Below, piece by piece: positions 27,520 through 35,621 of a stretch of DNA of 64,000 nucleotides. The stretch lies in the IMG/VR virus record IMGVR_UViG_3300028895_000122. One strand, 5' to 3'. Position numbers and translations under genes: made by a program. Position 1 is the stretch's first letter. The number at the start of each line of letters is the position of its first letter. The notes under the pieces were generated by a model that did not search any database, was not told where the DNA came from, and saw only the letters and a program-made list of their open reading frames with translations. Source of the stretch: a virus.

Positions 27520-28515
27520 TTAATCGTATGTATTCAAATCTAGTTGATAAAATTCTTGTCCGAATTTATACAATGGATGCATATGACTACAAAATGTAAG
27601 AGCGTCGCGATAACGTTGACTAAACTCTGATTTTGCATCAGTATAATAAGTAACACCAATTTCTAATATGAATTGAATTACTCTAATTAATGTTTTTTTG
27701 CTGTATGCATATTGTGTGTTACGTCTATTCCAAAATTCATTGGTTGGAATGGTTTCTCCTAATGTATCTAAGTTTTCTTCCCATTGCATTAGCATAGTAG
27801 CAACTTCAGTTTCTAATTTGTTTAATTCAAAGTCTGCTCCGGTATAATTAAACTTCTTAGCATGTTCTTTGATATCTAAAAATAGCTGATGTGTTAATCC
27901 ACAGTGATTAGAAATAAAACAGTAACTAGCAAAGTTACTTTGATTAAAAAACATTTCAGTACCATGTATACCGAGTATATGTTCTGGGTTTAACTCGTGA
28001 TTATCAACAACAAGTGTACCTGCTTTAGCAATTTCCATTCCGATTGGTGTAAAAAAGTTATAGTCTAACTCGTGCGAGTCTTTGTTATGCAAGTCCATCC
28101 AAATAAGTTTCACACCTTCGTCTGAATCAATTTGCATAACAGCATAGTCAGCTTGATCCAAGTTACTAAACCATTGCTTTCTACCATTTAGTGTGAGGCC
28201 ATTTAGTGTAATTGCATCACTGCGTTTAACAATGCTATAACAACCAATAACTTCATTGAAGTCTTTTGATAATACTTTTTCTTTAGCTTCGTTACAATTT
28301 GACATTTGTACAATAATTTTAGGAACTATATTATGTTGTATAGCATGTGATAACCCGAGACTCTGTCTTGCTAGTTTACGCATATTATGGAAGAATGTTT
28401 TCTTCTCATTTAAATCTGCTTCTGGAAAGTTGATATTAAAGTAGGGTTCTAAGTTTACAAGGTTTTCTCTAGTAAACTCAAAGTTGGTTAATGTTTCATT
28501 GAATGGTTTGATCAT
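27520..28515 (-). CDS. hypothetical protein
   Basis: Packed ORF. No motif recognised. Confidence 0.4.
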   Translation of the reverse strand: MIKPFNETLTNFEFTRENLVNLEPYFNINFPEADLNEKKTFFHNMRKLARQSLGLSHAIQHNIVPKIIVQMSNCNEAKEKVLSKDFNEVIGCYSIVKRSDAITLNGLTLNGRKQWFSNLDQADYAVMQIDSDEGVKLIWMDLHNKDSHELDYNFFTPIGMEIAKAGTLVVDNHELNPEHILGIHGTEMFFNQSNFASYCFISNHCGLTHQLFLDIKEHAKKFNYTGADFELNKLETEVATMLMQWEENLDTLGETIPTNEFWNRRNTQYAYSKKTLIRVIQFILEIGVTYYTDAKSEFSQRYRDALTFCSHMHPLYKFGQEFYQLDLNTYD

Positions 28516-28620
28516 TTAGTAATCCGTATATTTAGTAAAAATCTTTCGAAGATCTATGTATTGTAATTATCGTTATAATATAGAAGTAAATAATTTTAAC
28601 TATACAAAAGGAGACATAAC

Positions 28621-29325
28621 TTGTCAAAGAAAAAGGCTTTACGAAAAGAAAACATAATAAATTTTCAACAACAATCACGAGCAAGAGATATTAGACTCGT
28701 CCCAAAGTCACTGAATCAAGAGACATATATAGTAGGCTTACTAAATAAAACGACAGATATTGTTATAGCGTATGGACCGGCTGGAACAGGAAAGACTTAT
28801 CTAGCAATGCAAGCGGCCATTCGTTGTTTAAAACAAGGAACTTGCAACAAAATTATATTAACACGTCCGGCGATCGGCGTGGAAGATGAACAGCACGGTT
28901 TCCTACCAGGCACGTTAGAAGAAAAGATGGCACCATGGACGAGGCCATTATTAGATGTACTCAAGGAATACTACTCACAACAAGAAATCGAGAGGATGCT
29001 AAACGAGCAAATCGTGGAGATCGCGCCATTGGCTTTTATGCGTGGTAGAACATTTAAGGACTCATGGATTATTGCAGATGAAATGCAAAATGCTACACCG
29101 GGTCAAATGAAAATGTTATTAACACGCATCGGAGAAGGATCAAAAATCGTTGTTACTGGAGATGTGGAACAAACAGACCGTAAACGTAAAGAAAATGGAT
29201 TAATTGATATTTGTAAGAAACTTGATGGTAGTCATGAAGGTTTCGAAGTATGTCACTTAACTAAAAAGGACATACAACGTCACCCTATCATTGACACTGT
29301 ATTGGATTTATATAAAGACGATTAA
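28621..29325 (+). CDS. phoH: PhoH-like ATPase
   Basis: Walker A GPAGTGKTYLAM. PhoH signature ILTRPAIGVEDEQHGFLPGTLEEKMAPW...IADEMQNAT...VVTGDVEQTD. TTG start with AAGGAG SD. It is a lone plus-strand gene in a minus-strand block. Confidence 0.85.
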   Translation: MSKKKALRKENIINFQQQSRARDIRLVPKSLNQETYIVGLLNKTTDIVIAYGPAGTGKTYLAMQAAIRCLKQGTCNKIILTRPAIGVEDEQHGFLPGTLEEKMAPWTRPLLDVLKEYYSQQEIERMLNEQIVEIAPLAFMRGRTFKDSWIIADEMQNATPGQMKMLLTRIGEGSKIVVTGDVEQTDRKRKENGLIDICKKLDGSHEGFEVCHLTKKDIQRHPIIDTVLDLYKDD

Positions 29326-29954
29326 TTAACTTGATGATGAATATATGAAGAGTCTGGCTCAGATATTTTACCGTCGATGATAATTTGGTAAATTTCCTTC
29401 CAACTTCTTACCACAGTAATTCCTGGGTTGTTTATTCCTAGGTTGTAACCGTGTTCCATTAGTAATGGTTTTAAACCAACATCTAAACCAGCACGGGCAT
29501 TATCTAAATGATCTTCGATCCAGTAATGACCCCGACCTGTGTAGTTTTTGAGATATTGGTTTTTAGGACTGCCAATAGGTAAACATTCTACTCTGTCAAA
29601 TATTTCTTCACCAAATACTTTTTCTAAGTTCATACGTCTTAGTTCACCTGCAGAAGGATCATCACTCATGCTAGTGATAGCATGAAAAGTATAACCATGC
29701 TCATGATGTAATTTATTAACATAAGTTACAGCATCGCGCAATGGCGGCAGGAATCCTATTGCTGCACTTTCATTAAAAATTTCGACAAGCTCTAACGCTT
29801 TCTCATCTGTGATATCGTATTGTTTGGATAAGTTCCAGAACAGTCCTTTATCTTCTACACGGACCTTCCACCCTTTGGTTTTCATCCAGACATGGAAGGC
29901 ATACTCCCAATTCAACAAGACACCGTCTACATCTGTTAATATTATCTTATCCAT
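29322..29954 (-). CDS. HAD-superfamily hydrolase
   Basis: N-terminal ILTDVDGVLLNW is HAD motif I DxDGxL. Confidence 0.5.
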   Translation of the reverse strand: MDKIILTDVDGVLLNWEYAFHVWMKTKGWKVRVEDKGLFWNLSKQYDITDEKALELVEIFNESAAIGFLPPLRDAVTYVNKLHHEHGYTFHAITSMSDDPSAGELRRMNLEKVFGEEIFDRVECLPIGSPKNQYLKNYTGRGHYWIEDHLDNARAGLDVGLKPLLMEHGYNLGINNPGITVVRSWKEIYQIIIDGKISEPDSSYIHHQVN

Positions 29955-30228
29955 TAATTTCTTTTAACGCTTCTAATGCTTCGTATTTTGTATCAAGTTT
30001 TTCGACGATGTCTTTGTAATGTTCAAAGTAATAAGCATGTATTTTATCCCAATCTTTGTCAACTTGCATACCTGCTTCTAACCGTAATTTAATAACTTTT
30101 TTGTCTTTGAAGTCTAGTATAACATTAGCCATACTTACGACTTTAGATTTTACTTTGTTTTCTACGGACACAATTTCATCATACTGCCCGTCTGCTTTTT
30201 TCTTGTATGTTACTATAAAATATCTCAT
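29947..30228 (-). CDS. hypothetical small protein
   Basis: Packed ORF. Confidence 0.35.
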   Translation of the reverse strand: MRYFIVTYKKKADGQYDEIVSVENKVKSKVVSMANVILDFKDKKVIKLRLEAGMQVDKDWDKIHAYYFEHYKDIVEKLDTKYEALEALKEING

Positions 30229-30455
30229 TTAATTTCCTTTAATTCTGTTATTAAATGCTTGCAGAGTTCTATCTGTTGTTCAACACTGTAACCATTTTGT
30301 AAACCAATTTCGATGTTCCTGTCAAATTCTTCTAGTGTAATTCCCATTTCATCTAGAATACCTACAATAAATTCTTGTTTGTCTTCGTTGGACATCCAGT
30401 CTTCAAAAAATAACTCAAAAAATTGTTTAATAGCTTCGTCGTGTTTTATTCTCAT
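30225..30455 (-). CDS. hypothetical small acidic protein
   Basis: Packed ORF. Confidence 0.35.
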   Translation of the reverse strand: MRIKHDEAIKQFFELFFEDWMSNEDKQEFIVGILDEMGITLEEFDRNIEIGLQNGYSVEQQIELCKHLITELKEIK

Positions 30456-31366
30456 GAAGTTAACTCCACTAAAGTTGCTGCTAAGTTAATTTCTGGGTCA
30501 GCAACGAAACTATGGTCTACTAGTCCTTTTTTAATAACAAGTATTGCATTATCCTTTGCTTCGTCATCTTTACCCCACAAATCTAAGTTATCGTACATCC
30601 AACGATATAAGTCTTCCATTTCTTCTGCTCGTACACTAGATAACAGTAGTTGTCTTGCCTCACGAATTTTACCTGCTTTCATTAAGTTAACAGTATCAAT
30701 CTTATAATCCTGGCTTCCGCCCTCGTCACCGTGTGGTGCTACAAGTGTACCACTCGTTGAATTCATTTGTGTCATGTTTAGACATTTACGCAAGTCTGGA
30801 TAAGTTGCTTTAACATAACTGTCTAAAGTATCAATGTCGAATGTAACTTCTTCATCAATTAATACTTGAGCGATGCGAGCAGTAAACTCAGTTTGGTCAA
30901 TTTTGTCAATATGGAATCCTTGACAACGAGAATGGAGTGCTGGAATAATGCGGTTTGGATAATTACACGTGAGTATAAATCTTGCCGACGCATGGTATGT
31001 TTCCATGACCCCACGGAGAGCGGCTTGTCCATTGGGACTAATGTAATCCGCTTCATCAAGCAAGACAACCTTAAAATCACCGAAGGGCATTGTTTGCACG
31101 AATCCTGTAATCTTTTCTCTAATGGTGTCAACGCTATTCTCCCTTGATGCGTTGATCTCTAACACATCGTAATCTTCAACTCCGATTTGTTTAATAAGGA
31201 TTTTTGCCAATGTAGTTTTACCTACACCTGCTGCACCACTGAATAGTAAATGCGGTATTGCTTTTTCATTAATCCAGGATTGGATTTGATTCTTTTGTTC
31301 AACGTCACGGAATACATATCCGTCTACGTTATCCGGTCTATATTTTTCTGTCCAAAGTTCTCTCAT
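30452..31366 (-). CDS. 44: clamp-loader ATPase subunit (gp44/RFC-like)
   Basis: EKYRP box, Walker A GAAGVGKTT, DEAD(Y) Walker B and SRC sensor motif. Confidence 0.8.
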   Translation of the reverse strand: MRELWTEKYRPDNVDGYVFRDVEQKNQIQSWINEKAIPHLLFSGAAGVGKTTLAKILIKQIGVEDYDVLEINASRENSVDTIREKITGFVQTMPFGDFKVVLLDEADYISPNGQAALRGVMETYHASARFILTCNYPNRIIPALHSRCQGFHIDKIDQTEFTARIAQVLIDEEVTFDIDTLDSYVKATYPDLRKCLNMTQMNSTSGTLVAPHGDEGGSQDYKIDTVNLMKAGKIREARQLLLSSVRAEEMEDLYRWMYDNLDLWGKDDEAKDNAILVIKKGLVDHSFVADPEINLAATLVELTS

Positions 31367-31675
31367 TTATTCCTCTGATAATTTGTGTGCTAATAATTTT
31401 TGTTCCCACTCTTTCTTCCATTCGGGATTAATTTTGTTATACATTGTATCTAATAGATATTTTAACATAAAAACTTCTTTCTGGTATGTATTATGGACAT
31501 ATCCATCCGTGTCTGTTGAAAAGGCATTAATAGTTATGTAGTGTAGCTTTTTCATAACCTCGTGGTATGCTTCGGTACGTTCCTCGTCTGGGAACAATGG
31601 TACTGCTCGTTTAATCATGTTTTGTCCATTCTGGTTGATTACGTTTTGTCCACTTGAACAAATGTTTCTTTTCAC
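31367..31675 (-). CDS. hypothetical protein
   Basis: Packed ORF. Confidence 0.35.
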   Translation of the reverse strand: MKRNICSSGQNVINQNGQNMIKRAVPLFPDEERTEAYHEVMKKLHYITINAFSTDTDGYVHNTYQKEVFMLKYLLDTMYNKINPEWKKEWEQKLLAHKLSEE

Positions 31676-32078
31676 CTAAGTAATACTTTCGGTATGCAAT
31701 GATAGCATCGTCATCTCTGTATTCGTCTGGCATTGCTTGTGCAAATGGTGTTAACCCGTTATCTTCTAATTTAGGGTCCGGGAGGGTTTCTATCATATCC
31801 CAGGATTTATGATTGCGAGTATGATTGAATCGGAATTGCCATTCTTTATGTAATGCTTCTGTTAAGTCTCGAAGGTAATTGTAATTAGATTGAGATTCTC
31901 TAGTCCAAATTGTGCATGGATGATTTTTATGTGTTAGCCTATAACCAGCATCGTAACCAGCAAGCCTGACAGTAGCAGAGAGCATCTGGGCATGTTCTAC
32001 AATCATTTTAACAACATGTTTGTCGCCGTATGATTGCACGTTTTTATTAATATCAGAATCTAATAGAAATATATTCAT
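31611..32078 (-). CDS. hypothetical protein
   Basis: Trimmed to the ATG at 32078 (MNIFLLDSD...), which has AGGAGG SD 6 nt upstream. Confidence 0.4.
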   Translation of the reverse strand: MNIFLLDSDINKNVQSYGDKHVVKMIVEHAQMLSATVRLAGYDAGYRLTHKNHPCTIWTRESQSNYNYLRDLTEALHKEWQFRFNHTRNHKSWDMIETLPDPKLEDNGLTPFAQAMPDEYRDDDAIIAYRKYYLGEKKHLFKWTKRNQPEWTKHD

Positions 32079-32145
32079 AAAAAACCTCCTAACTGATTGT
32101 ATTATAGCAAATACCAGAAAGGAGGTCAATGAAATTTCTTTGAAA

Positions 32146-32439
32146 TTATTCTAAAGTTTCGCCCGGGTTTAATTGTTGTAATTGGTCAGCGCCTTGTGTT
32201 TTAACTAATACTGGTTGAGGACCAGTATATGAACGTATCCATCCGTCAACCTCGCCCGAAGAATCATGTGTATAACGTTTAGTCATCCATCCTAGTTCTT
32301 CTAAATCACCCATTGTGTAAATTGATTGATCGGCAACATATGATGCATTATAAATTACTGGCATATCACCATTTTTAATTTGTTTTGCTAGTTGGTCTAA
32401 GCGAGGATCAGTATCCTCATTGAATTCGAATAATCTCAT
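32146..32439 (-). CDS. hypothetical protein
   Basis: Packed ORF. Confidence 0.4.
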   Translation of the reverse strand: MRLFEFNEDTDPRLDQLAKQIKNGDMPVIYNASYVADQSIYTMGDLEELGWMTKRYTHDSSGEVDGWIRSYTGPQPVLVKTQGADQLQQLNPGETLE

Positions 32440-32450
32440 AAAACTATTTA

Positions 32451-32876
32451 TTAAAAAATAATTTCGTTTTGTGTACCGACATTGTGTAAAGAACCATCTA
32501 GAATCTTTTGTTTATGGTCGGCGTGTGTAGCTTCAGAGAATGTATCATCGCTTTGTGGTTCATCACTTATTAGTAGTATGTCGTTATTGTCGACTCTGCG
32601 TAGTACCATTTCTTCACCATTGATATCAACGGTAATACCACGTGTCCATCTACCATGTTTAACAAGAATATATTCACCAACCTGTACATCAGTTTGGTCA
32701 TCACCTACTGCATATACTTCTGCCCAACGTGGACGAATACCTTGTGTTTTGGCATCGTCTTTAGGAAGTAAAATCCCACCAGATGTTTTACGTTCACCAA
32801 ACTCCATATCCTTTACTAGAATATGATCATGTAATGGTTTAAGACCTTTGATATTGTATTTTGTGATGGTTGACAT
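32451..32876 (-). CDS. GroES-like co-chaperonin (gp31 analogue)
   Basis: LKPLHDHILVKDMEFGERKTSGGILLP...AEVYAVGDD follows the GroES pattern (RPLHDRVIVK...SAGGIVL...VLAVG). The mobile-loop region is extended. Confidence 0.6.
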   Translation of the reverse strand: MSTITKYNIKGLKPLHDHILVKDMEFGERKTSGGILLPKDDAKTQGIRPRWAEVYAVGDDQTDVQVGEYILVKHGRWTRGITVDINGEEMVLRRVDNNDILLISDEPQSDDTFSEATHADHKQKILDGSLHNVGTQNEIIF

Positions 32877-33173
32877 TTATTCTCCTTTTATGATAAACAA
32901 TTTTTGGAATTTTGCAATTTTAAAAATTTCCATAATATCAGATGATGCATTTATAATTTTTACTTTATCTTTTGATATTTCTCTAATTCGTAATAACATA
33001 CCCAATGCAGAGCTATCAATATATTTTGTACCTCTTAGATCAACAATATAACTCTTTACATTCGAATCGATATCTTAATATGATTTCATTATCGGCTCGT
33101 GACACGAAAAATCAAACGTCTCTGGTGGATATATTGTAACTGTAGTTTCGGTTTCATCTATTCTAGCAGTCAT
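32877..33173 (-). pseudogene. STAS-domain (anti-sigma-factor antagonist, SpoIIAA-like) gene interrupted by one in-frame TAA
   Basis: MTARIDETETTVTIYPPETFDFSCHEPIMKSY, then TAA at 33075..33077, then DIDSNVKSYIVDLRGTKYIDSSALGMLLRIREISKDKVKIINASSDIMEIFKIAKFQKLF in the same frame. The DLxGxxYIDSSGLGxLL core is STAS-typical. Absent from the ORF track because each half is under 60 aa. Confidence 0.45.
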
Positions 33174-33330
33174 TTATCTCTTTCCTAATGTTTCTTTTAG
33201 CTTCTCTACGATCAGCACGTTTACGGTCGTGGTGGTTAATTTCTACTTCCCACCAGTTGCTATATCCTTTGGGAGGATGACAATCTGTCTTAGATGGAAA
33301 CTTAACAGGTTTACGACCCAATGGTTGCAT
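33163..33330 (-). CDS. small basic protein (55 aa), missed by cutoff
   Basis: ATG overlaps the stop of 33330..33836 (TAATG). Protein MQPLGRKPVKFPSKTDCHPPKGYSNWWEVEINHHDRKRADREAKRNIRKEINDC. Confidence 0.3.
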   Translation of the reverse strand: MQPLGRKPVKFPSKTDCHPPKGYSNWWEVEINHHDRKRADRREAKRNIRKEINDC

Positions 33331-33836
33331 TAGATTTTGCTAACTCCAGGTTTCTCGCGTTCGATTTGTTGAGGTGTTTTTAACGGCTCTTGTTTTGCTT
33401 CGCGAGCTTTTGCTAATGCACTAGCTAACCCACCGGTTGATTTTGCTTCTTCTGTTACAGGTTCATTGTGAACTGTTGGATCAACGTCTGGCGAAACAGT
33501 TTTTGTTTCCACTGGCAGCGGAGTGTCTAACCCGTCAATTGTTTTTGTAACAGGCTGCTCTGTTGATGATGCATATTCAGATGCGATGCTTTGCGCTCGT
33601 TTTGCTGCACGTTGGCTAGAGTAAATTGGCTCATCTGCTACAGTTGTACCAATCTGTTTACGGTACTGTGCGCTTACTCGTTGGTTCTTGCTTTGTATTT
33701 TCTTATCTGTACTATCGAGCAAATCACCACGAGCATTAACGTCCATATTACCTACAGCTCGAACATTTTCATGTTTTGATGTAAAGGCGTCAATATCAAT
33801 TTGAGCACCTTTTGATGTTTTGTACATTTTTGGCAT
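33330..33836 (-). CDS. hypothetical protein (possible late/structural)
   Basis: Preceded 38 nt upstream by GATAAATACTCATT, a late-promoter-like motif. Confidence 0.4.
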   Translation of the reverse strand: MPKMYKTSKGAQIDIDAFTSKHENVRAVGNMDVNARGDLLDSTDKKIQSKNQRVSAQYRKQIGTTVADEPIYSSQRAAKRAQSIASEYASSTEQPVTKTIDGLDTPLPVETKTVSPDVDPTVHNEPVTEEAKSTGGLASALAKAREAKQEPLKTPQQIEREKPGVSKI

Positions 33837-33876
33837 ATTATTACCTCTGTTAATTATGTATGTATATAATGAGTAT

Positions 33877-34383
33877 TTATCTTAAAAATTCTCGGACATC
33901 TAAATCATAGAAGATGCTATCCACTCTATGAATACCTAAAAGATATAATACATATGAGCTAACAGAGCTACCACGTCCTACGCCCCAAATAATATTATTT
34001 TCCTTCATGGTATCAACAAGATAAACAAGATACTTTAATAGATCAAACAAATCACGTTCTTGATATAGAAGTAATTCCTCACCTACTCTTTGTAGTTCGT
34101 AATCCTCCTTACAAAGTTTAAGTATATGTTCAGCAATGTCCATTTCTTTGTATTGGTCTGGCATGTACCAATTTTCTTGGTTATTTCTATCAAACTCATC
34201 TATAGTTATATCTAACTCTTGATATGGTTTAACTAATTCTTTGTTGGCAAATTTGTTTACAGTTTTAACATTGCTATCATTGATTAAGAAATCGTTATAA
34301 CTTGAAATGTCAGGATTCTGCATTAAGATATCAATAACATCATCTTCATTATAAACAAACTGTCCAAATTTATCTTTTGTCAT
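33877..34383 (-). CDS. hypothetical protein
   Basis: Packed ORF. Confidence 0.4.
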   Translation of the reverse strand: MTKDKFGQFVYNEDDVIDILMQNPDISSYNDFLINDSNVKTVNKFANKELVKPYQELDITIDEFDRNNQENWYMPDQYKEMDIAEHILKLCKEDYELQRVGEELLLYQERDLFDLLKYLVYLVDTMKENNIIWGVGRGSSVSSYVLYLLGIHRVDSIFYDLDVREFLR

Positions 34384-34655
34384 GATATATCAATTTTATC
34401 TTGGTGATCATTGCCGTCTTCTTTCTTGGTCATATCGGCAAATTTCTTTTGTAATGCTGCATTATAACTTTCTAAGGCCATTTGTAATTGATGAACAACA
34501 AGTTGATTATTCATACTATACGCAAAGCCAAGTTTCTTTGTTATCTCAGAAATTTTTTCTTGTATATCATCTATAGATAATTCACTAAGTTCTGTTGTGC
34601 TTAAGAATGGGTGTTCCATGTTTAAATAAATTGGTCTAATTGTGGTGGCTGCCAA
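34380..34655 (-). CDS. hypothetical small protein
   Basis: Packed ORF. Confidence 0.4.
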   Translation of the reverse strand: MAATTIRPIYLNMEHPFLSTTELSELSIDDIQEKISEITKKLGFAYSMNNQLVVHQLQMALESYNAALQKKFADMTKKEDGNDHQDKIDIS

Positions 34656-34978
34656 CCTTCTGGTTTTAATACTTTGCCATCTTTACGTTTATGTACTTTG
34701 CCTGTTTCCGGATCAATTTTAGCAAAGTTGGTACGCATAACTTCTTCCCAAGCTCCGGCGCCATTGAAACCGCCAGTACGGATTGCACCAATCGTAACGA
34801 CCAAAATATCAATTAGGGCATCTAATTGTTCTACTTTGTTTTCGTCTTCGATTGCTTCTTGAAGTTCTTTGTATTCTTCTGCGATTAAGTCTAGATACAT
34901 TGCATAGTTTGGACAGCTAGGTTCTTGGTCACATGCAATGTGGAATTTTTCGATATCGTTAAATGGATTCAGGTTCAA
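34622..34978 (-). CDS. MazG-like all-alpha NTP pyrophosphohydrolase candidate
   Basis: IAEEYKELQEAIED...EQLDALIDILVV is an EExxE...D.L.D pattern. Start moved to the TTG at 34978, which has AGGAG 7 nt upstream. Confidence 0.35.
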   Translation of the reverse strand: MNLNPFNDIEKFHIACDQEPSCPNYAMYLDLIAEEYKELQEAIEDENKVEQLDALIDILVVTIGAIRTGGFNGAGAWEEVMRTNFAKIDPETGKVHKRKDGKVLKPEGWQPPQLDQFI

Positions 34979-35001
34979 TATTATACTCCTATTAAAATAA
35001 A

Positions 35002-35030
35002 AGTATAACTGAACCTGAATCAAAAGTCAA
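35002..35030 (-). promoter_or_regulatory. sigma70-type promoter P8 (TTGACT-N17-TATACT)
   Basis: Minus strand reads TTGACT tttgattcaggttcagt TATACT, then ttttattttaaTAGGAGtataataTTG. Confidence 0.5.
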
Positions 35031-35042
35031 TATATTTTGATA

Positions 35043-35621
35043 TTATTGAATTAATGGAACAATAATAACTGATGAGCCGCCATCGTATGTTGAAAATTCA
35101 TACATACGTTTGCCTACAGTACCGTAATCGATTGTGTTAGGACTTGTACCTTCCCAGCCTGTGATGTTATCAACACCAACTGAAACTGATACCGGTAATG
35201 TTACCTGGTGAGCAATATTAGCAACATCAATTAACATTCTCCATTTAACGTAATCACCAGATGCAGCAATACCTGTAAAGTCAAGTGATACATCGCCTGA
35301 TGTTTGTAATGTTTGGAAGCCGCCTGCTGATACGTCTACTTCAACGTTACCACTTTGTAGGCCTAAGTTAACCCACGTTTCACGAGTGTCTTGTAATTTT
35401 GCTGCGCTAATTAATGCGCCGCCCATGTCGTTGTTTAATGTAGTTCCTGTTAAGCCTGCTTTCAAGATTACTTTGTTTTGTAAATCTTCAATTTCTTCTT
35501 GTGAATATTCGAAGTTTGTTTTAATGTTTGTAAAGTTATCACGGAAACCTTGTGAGTCATTGTCTTGACCTGCAACTGGATATGCCGTGTCTATGTTATT
35601 TGGGTTTATGCTACTAGCCAT
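35043..35621 (-). CDS. hypothetical structural-like protein
   Basis: Gly/Ser/Thr-rich and beta-rich, co-transcribed with the large Ig-repeat protein. Confidence 0.35.
   Translation of the reverse strand: MASSINPNNIDTAYPVAGQDNDSQGFRDNFTNIKTNFEYSQEEIEDLQNKVILKAGLTGTTLNNDMGGALISAAKLQDTRETWVNLGLQSGNVEVDVSAGGFQTLQTSGDVSLDFTGIAASGDYVKWRMLIDVANIAHQVTLPVSVSVGVDNITGWEGTSPNTIDYGTVGKRMYEFSTYDGGSSVIIVPLIQ

Noticed and set aside
33055-33070. TTCGAATCG resembling a tRNA T-loop; searched for tRNA genes in ORF-free gaps
   Set aside because: No complementary T-stem, acceptor stem or D-arm around it. It lies inside the STAS-like coding frame. No tRNA-like structure was found anywhere in the window.
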